The notes under the pieces were generated by a model. The model saw nothing but the letters and a program-made list of their open reading frames with translations, ran no database searches and was not told the DNA's origin. Shown one piece after another: positions 1 to 12,800 of a stretch of DNA of 64,000 nucleotides. Position numbers and translations under genes: made by a program. Source of the DNA: Eremomyces bilateralis CBS 781.70 (lineage: Eukaryota); NCBI GenBank assembly GCA_010015585.1, contig ML975154.1; one strand, written 5' to 3'. Each line of letters starts with the position of its first letter. The first letter of the stretch is position 1.

Positions 1-1413
1 TTCAGCTCGTGACGCGCCTGGCCAACAAATTTGACGAAGAGCTTGGCGAGGATCATTCCGGGGTGGCGTTGGTCGAACAACGCGTGGAAGAGATGCAGAG
101 GCAAGGACTCCTTCAACCACCCTTCGGTACTAGTTCCAAGAAAGCCAAAGCGGAGTCTGAGGACGAAGATGCGATGGAAGAGGGTGAAGAGGAGGAGGAG
201 GGTACATATGACGAGGATGTGGATGACGAGGATCTCCTTGCGAAAAAGAAGAAGCTCGATCTTACGGTCGAGTATCTGCGCCGGGTCTTCAACTTCTGCT
301 TCTTCTGCGTCTTCGAAAGCGACTCGGTCCATGAATTGATGAGGAAGTGTCCGGGTGGACATTTGCGTCGGCCGAGAGCGAGTCTTACCACGCCAGCCAA
401 GATCGCTGCCAAAGCGAGTGCTTCCGGCCAGCCATTCCCTTACAAAAAGCAGGATTTGTCTGGAGAGGGCGAAGGCGCGTTGTCGCCAGTTGAAGAGAAG
501 AAATTCCCCAAAGGAAATCCGAAGACCCAGCAGCAGCTTCAACGAGCGTTCAACTGGGTGAAGACCTACGAGGACAAGCTGTTCCAGATCTTGGACCCTG
601 CGAGTGTGGATATCAAGAAGCTGGGCGGGAAACCTTCCGAAGAGGGAATGGAAGAAGAACTTCACAAATTTGTGAAGCAGGAGGACGAAGCCAAGTTCCG
701 ATGCAAAGTGCCCGACTGCGCCAAGCTTTTCAAAGGCGAGAATTTCTGGCGGAAGCATGTTGAGAAGAGGCACGCCGAGTTCTTTGAGAAGATCAAATCC
801 GATGTAAGTGATCCATACGCGATTTACTTGGATCATAGACTAATGTCCGTAGGTCGAGCTTGTGAATGCATATGTCCTTGATCCAGCTCATATCGCACCA
901 TCTAGGACGGACGCCAACAGCAACGGCCACTTCCCCATGAGCAATCATGCTGTCACCGGAACCCCTCGTGGCTTCAACCTCTCCGCCATACCCTTCGCCT
1001 TCAACAACGCGATACCAGGCGGTGTCCCCAACCCCGCCGCCATCCAAGCCTACTTCGCCCAAAACAACATGGTCCCCCCACCCGGCTGGACGGCCGGCGG
1101 CGCCATGATGGGTGCGGAAGACGACCGTCGCCCCGGCGGCCCGATCCGACGCTTCAACAACCGCCCGAACAACCGCGCGGGCGGCCCTTACGATCGGCCC
1201 TCGAAGGACATGCGGAACGCGCGATGGGGCAGCGCGTCTGGGCGGTTGACGCCGCCTCGCGCCAACGGGGCGCGCATGCCGGTTGATCCGCGCTTTGCCG
1301 ATGCGGCGGCGGCGCTAGTGGGGCCGCGGGAGGCGGTGCAAGGGAGGACGTTGCGGAGCTATGAGGACCTCGATGCGGCGGGGGCGAATGGGAGTGCGGA
1401 GTTGAATTACTGA
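1..1413 (+). CDS. ARS2: Ars2/Serrate-family RNA effector (C2H2 zinc finger, DUF4187-like region), 5'-truncated by the window edge
   Basis: Frame open from the window start. Motifs LDLTVEYLRRVFNFCFFC..C...H and FRCKVPDCAKLFKGENFWRKHVEKRH; C-terminal GRTLRSYEDLDA...ELNY. Intron 804-852 (GTAAGT..CTAAT..TAG) joins the 9..881 and 862..1413 ORFs in frame. Confidence 0.8.
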
Positions 1414-2474
1414 GTCGGCACGGGTTCCTTGCGACGTCGCGTGGATATGGGGAGAAATGCGCGGGATTCGTCACGCGGAATTAGAACATCACATGGTCTT
1501 ATCGATGGGGTTCGCACCACAAGAGTCCGTGTTCGTTAGGGTGACTTAACGGGTGCAAAATTGCGTTCATTATTGCTGGGGACGATCATTTAACATTCTC
1601 TACTCCGTCGAAGGGTGTCTGACTTCCGAGAGATGACGGACCCAGCCTTTATGTTTCACACTGTATGTTAGATTGACGGCTGGACTTCAGGGCCATCGAC
1701 GCGGAGATGGCACCGCGTCCTCCGGGTTTCGGATCAAAATTTTTATTTCTAGCTAGCCTGAGTAACAAATGGAAATTCGAAATCTGCACCATGATCCCGT
1801 CGTGTCTCTTGTGAGTAGTGACTTGTGAGGATGTCCGATGACGCCAATCCGAAGTTGCCGTTAGATTGGCGATGGTCGCTTACAAGGATGGATCAGATGG
1901 ACATTGGAGGAACGTTCAACAACGGGATCTTGCTCGACGGGCAGTTTAGTCCCCATTGGCTCCTTCAGCTCGCAACTAACCAATGCCCAGGAATTGGTGG
2001 GCTTAGCACTTAGCCAGCTTAGCTTGAAGAGGCATCGTCATCTATATTGGTTAGCACCATTACGCGGCGAGGAAGCGTGGATACGGAATGTATTGCTTCC
2101 CATCACTCACTCTTTGTCTCCATTACTTGATGCTTCTTGCTTCTTACTCTTCACCGATCTACTCCACCCTTTTTCGCGTCATTCTCCCCATGAAATTATA
2201 TCTCCGTCCATCCTTCCGCACCTTGTAAAAGCCTCCGTCCCGCTCTCTGCTTCCTGTTCCGCGCTGCCACACTCCACCTTTTCCCCCTCTGCTTGGCTCG
2301 TTCCTCCAGCCCTGACATCAATCTCTTCCACCATTCCTGAACATTGCTACCTCTCCCGTGCCAAAGCCCTTCCATACTCCCGTCTCCCGTGCTTGCGAAC
2401 ACAATCGTTTCCATCTCCAGCCATCCGGAAGCGCTCTCTCGTCCGCACGAACTTACAGCCCCAGTGACGTTGGA

Positions 2475-5400
2475 ATGGCAGCCGACACCACCGTCTCAGA
2501 CCCAGCAAACGCGACGAACTACCATCCCCCGAAGGCTGTGCCGCACCTAGGAGAGTCGCTCGATAGCACGGGCAATGGATCGCTATTAAAGCCCCGGGGA
2601 TCGAGCCCTTCAGATACCTCTGCCGTGTCTATACCTCCACCTGGCTCGATCCTGACCGGCAAGCAAGAGCATTGTAAGCAATCCCACTCGTGTAGAACCA
2701 GCGATACGGATATGATCGCTGACCCTCCCCAGACCTCAAACGACAACTGCTCTCCGAGCAAGTCGAGCATGAAATCCAAGAACTCTCGTCCAACACCGCC
2801 CTCCAGCGCTTCGGCGCCCCTTTCCGATCGGACGCCGGCGAGGTGCCGCCCAAGGACTCCGAACTACCGATACTAAGATACGTATTTGTCCACCATGTGC
2901 GGAATTTTCCGTTCCTCGACCAGGCACGAGAGAAGGAGTTTTGGCAGGACAAGCTTCAAGTGGTAAGGAACCTAACAGCGGGCTTCGGTGTGACATAGTG
3001 ACTGACGCGTGTCGTTCCAGTTCCTCGAATCGTTTGCGAACAAACATATTTCGTCTTCGGAGGATCGGCTCGAGGAGACGAAGCGGAAGAAATTGGCGGT
3101 GAAGGCGGAGAAGATCGTCGAGTTGATGATGGTGTCCGGGCTGCCGACCGCATCGGGGTATGAGGAGCGGATCCGGTTCGCGGAGATCGAGGTGGTGGAC
3201 CGGGGAGCGAATGAGCTCGGCCTCATGGCGAATGCGCCGCACGGGCATGCAATTCACGGTTGGGATGTCAATGTTGCTGGCGTACGAGTAACGTCGGTCA
3301 AGAGACATGTCAGATACCATCAGCATGCGGTATGAGGTCGGATCACTACAGGAGGGAAACCGGCTAATCCAGTATCTAGGAGTATATCCTCAGAGTCAAG
3401 CGAGAGGGAAAACCCGACATCTATGTTGGACGACGATACGACGAGTTCGTCCACCTCCACAAGCGGATCCGAATGGGACTGCCTGGGAAGGTATTAACCC
3501 CCCTCCCGCGCAAAAACAAGTCAAATGCCGTAGCTCCTGCATTGGGAGACGACTCGGAATCCATATCCTCTGTTTCCACGCAGTCCACGACACCTCCCAA
3601 CGATCCTCAGGAGGTGTCCAACTCATCATTCACGGGCCATCGATCTCTTCTACGTCCCGTGGATGGGTCAGGCCACAAGCGAGGCGCGTCCCTTTCGTCC
3701 CTCCGCAGCCGAAAATCTCCTCGTAGCTCGGGCGATTTTAGTCGCCCGGCGGTGCTCTACCGCGAGGAACAGCGCGTTTCCCTTCGCGCGTTTCTTCGCA
3801 CATTCCTGCAAAACGAACACATCGCCCGCAGCCCCGCGATGCAGGAGTTCCTAACGGGGAACGTCGTCCAACCCAACGAGGAAGAGTTGGAGGACATCGA
3901 GCGCCGGCAGGGACTCGACGAACGGCGCCTGGAAGAGCAGCAGAAGTTCTACGAGATTGCTAAGCAGCGCGCGGCGGACCTGGACAAGCACATGGAGAAG
4001 TTCCGGCGCGACGTCGTCGAGCGGAACGGGCTGTCGAAGCTGTTCCAGGAGATTCGGGAGAAAAGCACCATCGCGGAGCTCAAGCCGGAGTACCGCGTGT
4101 TTGCCGAGTGGCTGCGCATCGAGGTGGCCGCGACGATCTATCATCTCTTCCTCGCCGAGGACAATTCCCCCGAGCTGTTCGCCCAAGCGAAACGCATCCA
4201 CTCGCTCATCCCATATTCCCTGCTCAAAAACGTCATCCGGATCGCCAACCCGGCCGCGGTCATGGCGGGCGTGCTCGATCTCTTTCTCGCGCAGCCGTTC
4301 GGGACGCGCTCGCTGATGCAGCGGATTTTCGGTATGGCCATCCACGACGGGATCAGTAACATCCAGAAATCCGTCGACGTTGTGCGAGGAAAGGTTGACG
4401 ACGATGTCCTGTCAGACAAGATCAAAACGTTTGTGGAGGCTGATGAGGACGTCAAGGCTATCATACGGGAGGAAGCGGTCGACGACAACGTCGATCCTGT
4501 CGTTGCCGTGTTGCGCTCGGCGCTCATCGAGCCTCCACTCACGCCGGAGCAGATTGGGAAGGTTTTCAACGCCTATGTTGCTTGGACGAATGCTGTTGAT
4601 AATGTAAGTGTTTTGTCCCTAATACTCTTCCGTCAATTTCGTGGCTAGTACTAATCAATTCTATAGGTCGACGAGGAGATGAAGCAAGGGGCTGAATTGT
4701 TCGCGCATCTCAAACAGCTACTAAAGCTGAGTCTACGACAGCGGGACAAATCCATGATGCTGCAGATGATTGAAGAGGTGAGTTCCACGCAAGGCCACTA
4801 ACCTAGCGATCATGCTGACAACGCTTTACGAACAGCCTACCACCCTCCAACTCTTCAAGGATCTCTTCACCATCTTCTACGAACCCCTCGTCCGCGTCTA
4901 CAAGTCCGCAAACGTGTACAACAGCATCACCGACTTCGCCTCCTTCGTCGACGATACGATCAAGACCGTCGAAGCCGCCCAACGGCAAGATTTCTCCGCC
5001 GACCCCAACCAGACCGTGCAAGCCTTCATCGACCTGTGCGCGCGGCACGAAGACGACTTCTACAAGTTCGTGCACGAGGTACACACCCACGACGACGGGC
5101 TCTTCGACCGGCTGATGGGGTGGATCGAGGAGCTGCTGCATTTCCTGAAACAGGGACCGCGTGGGGGGGGGCGGTTGGACATGAACGCGCTGTATCAAGG
5201 GGCGGTAGACGCGAATGTCATCGACGGGGCGGCAGCGACGCGGGAGATCAACGCGCTGATCAAGTGGCAGATGGCGCGGAAGAAGTGGCATCAGGACAAG
5301 ACGCGGCAGAAGATGGCGACGGGGGATGGGTTGGATGAGACGCGGATGCCGGGGATGAACTCGTTCAAGAGCAGCGATTTCGGGCTGAATGAGGTATGTT

Positions 5401-5684
5401 GACTTTTCGTTTCCACGTGACCCCTTTCGCCTAGACCATCTCTAACCTTTCCGTAGGTCGATCTTGAAGACCTCGAGCTCGACGACCCCAGCGACAGCGA
5501 CGATGAGTCCGAGCTGGACGATGAAGACGTGGTCGATCCCATCGCGGCGGAGCGGAAGCGGCGGCAGCGGCGGTCGGAGACGTTAAGGCGGTCGGCCGGG
5601 GAGCCGAAGAAGCCGGAGGTGACGGAGTTGAAGAAGCTGACGGGGAGTTTCAATACCATGCTGCGGTCGGTTCTTGCGGAGTGA
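2475..5684 (+). CDS. PX-domain protein with PX-associated/DUF3818-type regions (Ypr097w/Lec1-like)
   Basis: ATG 2475. Introns 2674-2732, 2963-3020, 3330-3379, 4604-4666, 4778-4835 and 5394-5456 all keep frame; TGA 5682-5684. Motifs LTGKQEHYLKRQLL, FPFLDQAREKEFWQDKLQ, PX core VGRRYDEFVHLHKRIR..LPGKVL.PLP.K, FAEWLRIEVAATIYHLF, DLFTIFYEPLVRVYKSANV. Confidence 0.85.
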
Positions 5685-6064
5685 TGCGGCTCAATTGCGC
5701 TGGTGGGGATCGACGCCGTCGGGTGACAGACGTCATTGGGGATGGGTAGATGATGCATAGCGTACGGACGGCATGGACTGGATGGGTGGGCGTTTCATGG
5801 ATTTTGAATTAAAGTCCGGGGGTTGCTCTGGGCTTGGAATATTGATACCAAAACGGGTATGGTACACCTGCAACCAGGACAGGCCTACCGAGTTTAGAAT
5901 CCCTAGATATTTGTACAACCATCGACCACGCCGTCCTTGAGACGTAGACTTTTGTTTCCCTAAAAACGCCGAACGCTCCGTGAAATGCAAGCAACACCAC
6001 CAAAGGACGCAAGACATATGAACGCCCGATCATTGCCAGTGCGTAACACCATCCATCTCCCCTT

Positions 6065-6913
6065 TCAATGCTTCCCCTTCTTCTTCTTCTTCCCCCCTCC
6101 CTGCTGCGACGCCGTCGGTCCCCCCGCCTCCACCAACACCGTATCGTCATCGCTCCCCTTACTCCCCACTGCCGACACTGGCACCGCTGCCGTCGCTTTC
6201 TTCGCCCCCGATTCCTCGTCCAGCTCCTTCATGAAGTCCGACTGGATCCCCGCGAGCTTCTTTGCCCACCACTCTTTCTCCTTGGGCACCTGCGCCTGGA
6301 GCTCCTCGGTGCGCTTGCGGACGATGGCGTTGTTGGCCATCTCGTTGGCGCTTTGGAAGATGGATTGGCCCCAGTTGGGGGAGAAGGCGTTGGCCTCGTC
6401 ATTGTCAGTCGTTCGTCCGCCTCCGATCAAGCGAGTCAGAAATAAGAAGGGAGAACATACCTCATTCACCACATCCCTTATCTCCTCCTCCACCTCCTTC
6501 TCCGCCCGCTGAAACCGCTGCCATAGCTCGTCCCCGACGCTCCCGCGCTGCAGCAACGTCGTCAGCGCCTGCTTCGCGTTCCGCACGGCGACGATGCGGT
6601 GGATGTCCTCGGTGGCGCGGCGGAGCAGCGCAGCGCGCAGCACGCCATCGGGGACCTTGGGAGTGCCTTCGGGGGGGTCGAGGTGCAGGAGGGAGAGGTA
6701 GATGTTGCGCTGGAGGTGCGGGTCGAACCATGGGGCGAGAGAAGCAGCGTGAGCTGGGGTATGTTAGTATCGTGGGTGTGGTATATGGGTAGGAGGTGGT
6801 TGGAGGGACATACCGGCTTGCCGTTTGCGATAGAGGTAGGAGAAGGTGTAGAGGGAGCCCACGACCACGCCTAGGTAGGCGAAGGGGATCGCGAGGTTAA
6901 CCCAGTCCACCAT
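6065..6913 (-). CDS. SEC66: ER translocon Sec62/63 complex subunit Sec66 (Sec71)
   Basis: ATG 6913, MVDWVNLAIPFAYLGVVVGSLYTFSYLYRKRQA (TM segment then basic residues). Intron 6754-6813, then LAPWFDPHLQRNIYLSLLH..LRAALLRRATEDI. Intron 6395-6460, then ANAFSPNWGQSIFQSANEM and a KKKKKGKH tail. Confidence 0.9.
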
Positions 6914-7328
6914 GGTCTACGGAATTCCGAACCCAGAGAGAATGGGATGTTACAGGTGCTATAGTTGTTGCTGTTGTGGTGTGTATGGGGGAGTGTCTAT
7001 TGTCAATATGTCGATGGTGGATACAAAGGTTCAGTTTGGACACATAAGCGCATCGGCCAAAAACAGAAGCGACGACCTGAGAGCCGACAGGGGGGATAGG
7101 AATGTGGAAGGGACGAAATCTTGGCGGACAGGGGTTGAATTTTGAGTTGTGTAACTTCATTTCTTCAATTCTCTGCCTCTGCAGCTTCCTTTGGTTTCAA
7201 GGGCTTCTTGACACTATACCAACCCGCCATAATCCTTCTTTTCGAATATATATTTTCATTGTCAAGCCCATGCGGACTGCATAACCTCAATTATCTCGAA
7301 CTACTGGAGCTGCCAGTGATTGGGAAAG

Positions 7329-9838
7329 ATGGCGCCCTCACAGTTGAAGCAACTGAAGTCTTCACTCCGCGACCATGGAATCTCTGGACCTTCCCAGTCG
7401 AAAAAGGCACGCAAATCCGATCAATCCCGTTCGAAGAAGGGCCATAAAGAAGCGGTCTTATCTACCTTACGAGAGTCTTTCAATCCATTCGAGCTCAAGT
7501 CCGCCGTGAGACCGCGCAAGTTCGATGTTACGTCCTCGAAGACCATCGGACAAAATGGCAAAGCTGTGGTGCTTGGGCGTCCGGGCGTCACGAAAAGCCG
7601 AGGAGAAGAGCTGGTATGTACAGCCTGAGAGTATAAAATTATTCAGATACTGACTCTATATAGCGGCGGAACACCCTTCTTCCGGACCTTCACCGCCGTG
7701 GCAAGGTTGGAGGGATCCAGGATCGTCGAATCGGAGAGATGGACCGCACGTTGACTCCTGAAGAGCGATTACAACAGCGTCTTGCCAAAGAAGCCACCCG
7801 CCGACGAGGGAAGACGATGTTTGACTTGGATGAAGACGAGGATACCATCGGACTGACCCATCTTGGGAAGGATCTGGATGACTTCGAGGAGGACATCAGC
7901 GATGCGTCGGAAGACGAAGCGCGTGGAGAAAACGATTATAGTGATGATGACCGGGAAGATGGCGCGTCCAGGAAAAGGCGATGGGAAGGGGACGGTGCCG
8001 CATCAGATGTCGAGGATGGAGCAGAACCGGAGAGGAAAAAGAGCAAGGCGGAAGTCATGAAGGAAGTCATTGCAAAATCTAAGTTCCACAAGTTCGAACG
8101 GCAGCAGGCGAAAGAAGAGGATCACGAAATCCGGGAGAAGTTGGACAAGGAGACGCAAGGGATTCTTGCATTACTCGGGAAGGGGAAGCCCGGTGCGCCG
8201 AAGGCCGGATTACCACCTGCTCCAGCCAACGGGATCTCCAAAGACGCCGGTGGAGAGACCGCCGCGGAGAAACGCAGGGATTACGATGAAGATCGTGGAA
8301 AACTCCTGTTCGACCAGCGCGCGAAGCCAACGGAGCGGACGAAGACGGTGGAAGAACTCGAGCAAGCACGAGTGGATCGTCTGAAAGCCATGGACGAAGA
8401 GCGAGCGCGTCGTATGAGAGGCGAGGCGGACGATTCGGCAGAGAAACTTAAATCTGACGAGGACGGCGACGCTGAGTTCTTCGGGTTCCAGTCGTCGAAA
8501 ATACCGGAAGAAGACAGAATGCCTGGAGAAGAGCAAACCGACGAGCTCGGGTTTGAGGACGAAGACGACTTCCTGATTGAGGATGACCTCGTGGCGTCCG
8601 ACATGGAGGGGAGCGTCGCTGAGTATTCTAGCGACGAAGAGTCGGAGGACGAGTCTACCACGTTTGCGGGGGACGATATCGTGAATCCCAACCGGACGGC
8701 CCTTGGCTCTGGCCGAAAAGCCGAGCAGCACATAGACTTCGGCCCTGAGCATGCGGGCAGTTACCCCTGTCCGCAAAGTCACGAGGAGTTCTTGACGATA
8801 TTGGAGCCTACCACGATGGACGAGTTGCCGTCGGTCATTCAAAAGATTCGCGCGGCTTACGGGGCGCAGCTACGACCCGAGAATGTTGAGAAGTTGTCGG
8901 CCTTTTCCACCGTCTTGGTCGACCATATCGCGTACCTAGGGACTCTCCAGCCGCCCGCTCCGTTGCCGGTAGTGGAGACGGTAATCCGCCACATCCACTC
9001 CCTCGCGCGCTCCTCCCCCCTCGCGGTCTCCAAAACCTTCCGCACGCACCTCCGCCGCATCCAAACTACCTCTGACCTCGCCCCCGGCGACCTCTTCCTC
9101 CTCACCGCCATCAGCACCATCTATCCGACATCCGACCACTTCCACCAGGTCGCCACCCCCGCCATCTCCCTCATCGGCCGCTGGCTCGGTCTCCACACCG
9201 CCAAAACCCCCTCCGAATCCCTTACCGGGGCCTACCTTGTCGCCCTCGCCCTCCGCTACCTCCGCCTCTCCGCTCGCTACATGCCCGAGCTTCTCCGCTT
9301 CTCCACTTCTGCCCTCCGCCACCGTCCTGCTCCCACCCTCGCCGCCGCGCACGTCGCCAACCTCCTCACCATGGCCGAACTATGGTCGGGGACTCCCGGC
9401 GCCTTCCCCGCCATGTTCCCCTCCTCCATCCTCCCCCTCCTCGACCCCACCTCCGCTCACCGCCTGCGCGTCCTCCTCGCGAACGCGCGCCGCGGCCGCC
9501 GCCCCCTCGAACTGCACCACCACCGCCCGCTCGCGATCCGCAGCGTGCAACCCAAGTTCGAGGAGAACTACAACCCGGACAAGCACTACGATCCGGACGC
9601 GGGGCGGACGGAGTCGAAGAAGCTAGCAAAGGAGTACAAGAGGGAGCGGAAGGGGGCGATGAGGGAACTGCGGAAGGACGCGAACTTCGTGGCGCGGGAG
9701 CAGTTGAAGGAGAAGAAGGCGAAGGATGCGGCGTATGAGGTAAAGTATCGGAAGTTGGTGGCGGAGATTAATGAGGAGGGGGGAAGGGGGCGGAATGAGT
9801 ATGATCGGGAGAGGAGGAAGGCAGGGAGAGGGAGGTAG
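7329..9838 (+). CDS. NOP14: Nucleolar protein 14, 40S ribosome biogenesis factor
   Basis: MAPSQLKQLKSSL..FNPFE..GRPGVTKS; intron 7614-7663. Motifs KSKAEVMKEVIAKSKFHKFERQ, IYPTSDHFHQVATPA, RPLELHHHRPLAI..PKFEENYNPDKHYDPD, KRERKGAMRELRKDANF. Confidence 0.93.
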
Positions 9839-12800
9839 ATGGGGAGGTAGTTATTGTTTGTAGGGAAGATGGGATGAGATATGTTTACAATGGATGGACA
9901 TTCTGTGCTTCCTACGATTTCGTGATCGACATTGCATACTTCGACGACACACTCTTGCAGTCCCGCTCATACCAAGTTCCATCCCACCACCCAACTTTCC
10001 CGACGTCGTACAAGGCTGCGGTACGTACCCCGGCATGGCTGCCTCCTCCTCCACCTCACAAAAATCCCCCCTATCCACTCCCATCCCTCCCACCTCCTCG
10101 CTCCAGCCCGCCGCCCCATCCTAGTCGCATCCCACCTCACCTTCCATCGCCCAACCAACGTCCGACCTACATCTCCCACTCCACACGCATACTCGTTGCC
10201 AAGGCAACGAGGTAGGACGGTTGGGTGGTTGGGCGGTTGGATGCACAGTGCGTGGGGCAGGCATGATACGACAGATGCAGGAGGTCGGAAGGAGGGAGTA
10301 CAGGGTGGGGTTTGTCACCGGTAAGCTAGGACTTGGGGGGAGGTGAGGGAGTCGTGAGGACTGAGGAGAGAGGAGAGAAGAGGCGTGGATGGGATGGGAT
10401 GGATGGAGTGGGAAAGAGAACAGGATAGTCGGTGTGTGTCTATGATACATTTCCCTGACTCAGACTGAGCGGAGGGGAATGGACAGGTACGCATCAACGT
10501 ACCTCCCTACCTCTCATCCTCCCGTCTCCCCCTCCACCCTCCACAGCCCCTATCTTCGATCATCTCCCTCAACTCATCACACAAGCTCCCTCCCAACTCC
10601 CAACTCCCAACGGTCTAGACCCCCACCGCCCGCGCCAATCCTGCTAGCATCCGATTCAGTGCTGCGGTTCGGTGGTACGAGGGGTGGTCGCAGTGGTAAT
10701 GGGACACGTGCCGCCCGGGCGCTTGGCGAGGATGGGTTAGTTCATTGTTGGAGGAAGTGAAGAGATTTTCCCCACTGCGGGAGATTGTAGATATCTGGGA
10801 TGAAGGACCATCGGAAGTGGTTGGGTTGGTGGGTTGGGCGGTTACCTTCGGAATGGGAGTGCGGTTGGGCCGCTTGGGTGGGCACGGAGACTACCGACTA
10901 CAGGAATACACGCAGCAACTCCGTTGTTGGGAGAGGGTCAACAGCTGGGGAAGTGGGGATATAGACTGGTAAGTGGTGTGGATGTCGCCTTGGCCCTGAA
11001 TGGAGGGTCTCCCATCCTTCGGTATGCTACCTACCCGTTTTCGACCCATGGCTGGGAAGAGCAGGTAGAGGGTATTCCGTATGCTACTCGATCATAGGGA
11101 TATGCGGTTCACGGGCATGGGGTGTAGTGATCGGGGGTGGGGAGCGACCGCCTGGGGAAAGCCTGGGATGGCGGGGCGAAAGGAAACGTGAGAACTGAGA
11201 AGGTGACATATCGCGTTGTATGTGTTTCTGCGATGGTGTTGGGAGGCGTTCATGGCTTCCTGTAGAATTGCCCTCGTGTGACGACACAAGCTGAGAGGAC
11301 CATGGTCGGTCGGATTACGTACAGGGCGGCCGATTGGGATTCGGTAATCTCGATCAACCCAATGATCAGGCTTTTGGAATCGATCAACTATCAAACCCCT
11401 TTTGGAGGGCGACATCGTGCCCGCCGTCTGGACTCTGCACTCGGGAATCACTACCGATTGCCGTCGACATTCGATAATACCGCATGTGGAGACAGATGTG
11501 AGACGGGGAACTCCATAAGGCTGAAAAAGGATATGACGCGCTGAAAGCCTGAAATGAACCGATCGACTTCCGGTTTCCACATCGGAATTCGCCATGACCG
11601 TGGCGTTCACGATTCCAAAAAAGGTCCAACAAAGCAAAGGGAACGGCAACGGATCATCCAATGGAACGGAGGGACGTGCGGTCGATAGCTGGACGGCAAC
11701 CAAACTCAAAGTCAGAAGTCACAGCGAATGTGTTGAAGAGACCGTGGCTGTCCAATTATGTATCCGTTACAGTAGGTAGCGAAGTGGTGCACGTATCCGA
11801 ACTCATGGACTTAGAAAATATCGAAAAGGAGTCTTCTCGTCGCGCATGTGCTGAGAAGATCCTGAAGGCGTGTCCCTCGATCCACGGGACGCGGCATGCT
11901 TGGCGAGGTTGGATGGAATCATGCAACCAAGGATGCCCGAGAGAGGACAAATAAGACAATGGACGGATACAGATTACAGACGTACAGTGTCCCTACATTG
12001 CTGCCAATAAGTGACTTCGAAACAAGTGCAACGACCCTCGGTCTGCGGAGTCCTCCATGCAGCCGGCCAGGTACATCACATTCCCTCCGTCGTAGGTTGG
12101 TCGCACAGCGCTCCACCGGAAGCGGGCAAACGTCCTAAGTGTCGCCAAAACATCTGGGCGACGGCGCTCCCTGTCGTTCTGACGTCCGAGAAGCGTTCTG
12201 GGTCTGAAACCGGAGGACGATGGGATTGCTTTTTTTCCTCGCGGTCGGGACGCGGATTCGTGCCTAGCCATATAAAAAGCATTGTCGGCGCACGCGGTCA
12301 AGGGAATGGGGACGGGGGTTGAAGGCGCCGTGGTTGGGTTCCCTGTGGTTTTGTGGGGAGGCACGGGGAGGTGGTTAAGCGATCAATATGGGCGAGAGAA
12401 AACCATCTCGAGTTCTTGACGTAATTAAGGGACGATCGGTGCGGAACGTAGATGGGGAAGTGGTTGAGGGCGAACGGTGCGCGATGAGAACCCGGGTGGT
12501 GAACCGTGGACGACAGACCTTGAGGGACCAGGGAAGGTATGTATCATCAAGGTTCATTGGAAGGGACTTAAATTGAATTTGGGAGGTGTTGTGGAACGGA
12601 AGGGAAACAGTCCGGGGTCGAACTGGAGATACAGTTCCGAATGCATCGAGATTGGGAGAAATGCGATCATGAAATAGGTAATTACCGTGGCTCGGAATGT
12701 AATAACTAGTCATAGTGACAGATTTGAGTTTCGAGGAGAGGCGAGAGCATCCATCATATCATCGGCCAATCAATGGCGAAGTACCAGTGTCCAGTACATA

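Noticed and set aside
11594..11954. Two overlapping short plus-strand ORFs resembling a frameshifted pseudogene
   Set aside because: Only vaguely protein-like; no family recognised and no convincing splice sites joining them.
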